The notes beneath the pieces were generated by a model. The model made no database searches, had not been told where the DNA came from, and saw only the letters and a program-made list of their open reading frames with translations. A stretch of DNA of 64,000 nt from Naegleria gruberi. Lineage: Eukaryota. The translations under genes were made by a program, and so were the position numbers. This document shows, in pieces, positions 63,527 to 64,000 of the stretch. The stretch lies in NCBI GenBank assembly GCA_000004985.1, contig GG738879.1; one strand, given 5' to 3'. The first letter of the stretch is position 1. The number at the start of each line of letters is the position of its first letter.

Positions 63527-64000
63527 TGAAAAATACATCACTGTTGGTTTTATTAGTTTGTTTGGTGCTTGCTGTCTTTTTAATTTCGGAGAGTACACCA
63601 CAAAAAACCACACCACATCACCATCACCATCAACAACAACAACAAATAATGATGACGTAACTAGTGTGCGAACGAATGTATTAGGACAAGTCGTTGATAT
63701 TCCAAAACATTTGAGAAAGGATGAACAACACGATCCGATTAAAGTGCTTGTTTTGAGACAAGATAGGCCTGGACAAGAAGAAATTTATTATGTACGAGCT
63801 GATGGAACATTTTCTATTGAAGGTTTGACTGTCGGATCACATATTGTACAATTAGCTTGTAATAGATTTGAATTTGCTAAAGTTCGTATTGATGTATCAA
63901 AGAGTGGAAAGATGAGAGCTATTGCTATGGTTCCATCTAGTCATCCTTCACTTTATTCATCTGAGGAAGAAAGAAAAGCTGCTGTTGCTTCTGTGGACGG
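63527..64000 (+). CDS. EMC7-like (ER membrane complex subunit 7-type) gene, 5' part. Signal peptide plus His/Gln linker, then an apparent frameshift into the conserved domain. Runs off the window.
   Basis: - ATG at 63527 gives MKNTSLLVLLVCLVLAVFLISES...HHHHQQQQQ and stops at 63656.
- The -1 frame continues: ...VLVLRQDRPGQEEIYYVRADGTFSIEGLTVGSHIVQLACNRFEFAKVRIDVSKSGKMRAIAMV, an EMC7-like beta-sandwich.
- The frame switch lies within caccatcaccatcaacaacaacaacaa. Confidence 0.45.

Overview
This window is a gene-dense, AT-rich nuclear eukaryotic region with roughly 38 protein-coding genes on both strands and four Pol III tRNA genes (His-GUG, Lys-CUU and two Arg-UCG). There is no rRNA and no CRISPR, and I found no recognisable transposon or retroelement ORFs, including next to the tRNA genes. 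Poly-N/T/S/Q tracts, A-rich start contexts (AAAATG), very short GTAAGT/GTAGGT...AG introns (46 to about 180 nt) and near-abutting genes point to a dictyostelid-like social amoeba genome; that assignment is inference only. The supplied ORF track uses alternative starts (TTG/GTG/CTG printed as 'M'), so I re-derived ATG starts and splice junctions by hand where possible.

Genes I can support by motif include:
- a glutathione peroxidase (Cys type)
- S-adenosylmethionine decarboxylase (FEGPEK, KTCGTT, YVLSESS)
- the PP2A activator PTPA
- a YJU2/CCDC94 splicing factor
- a gamma-butyrobetaine/trimethyllysine hydroxylase-like Fe/2OG oxygenase (with a DUF971-type N-terminal region)
- a PhyH-like oxygenase
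- a DDHD/GHSLGS lipase
- a CaCA-type cation exchanger
- a DUF4116 repeat protein
- F-box/LRR, BTB, ankyrin, TPR-ANK-MYND and SWIM+PHD proteins
- a PIG-S-like and an EMC7-like gene

The findings most worth a second look are:
- A myristoylated G-alpha paralogue (701-1780) that has lost the Walker-A lysine, the switch-II glutamine, NKxD and TCAT. This looks like a pseudo-GTPase.
- A 7TM receptor with a large ectodomain and a C-terminal RGS domain (7630-10002), plus a separate RGS-like/SAM protein (34025-35470).
- Two convergent tRNA-Arg(UCG) genes with identical bodies but acceptor stems that differ at 5 of 7 base pairs with full compensation, flanking the YJU2 gene.
- A secreted, GPI-anchored LPMO/X325-like protein with His1 directly after the signal peptide.
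- An unusually GC-rich leader in front of AdoMetDC, carrying CCAAT boxes, a leader intron and uORFs.
- Apparent frameshifts in a 5-kb low-complexity locus and in the EMC7-like gene.
- Convergent gene pairs whose stop codons overlap or are 1 nt apart.
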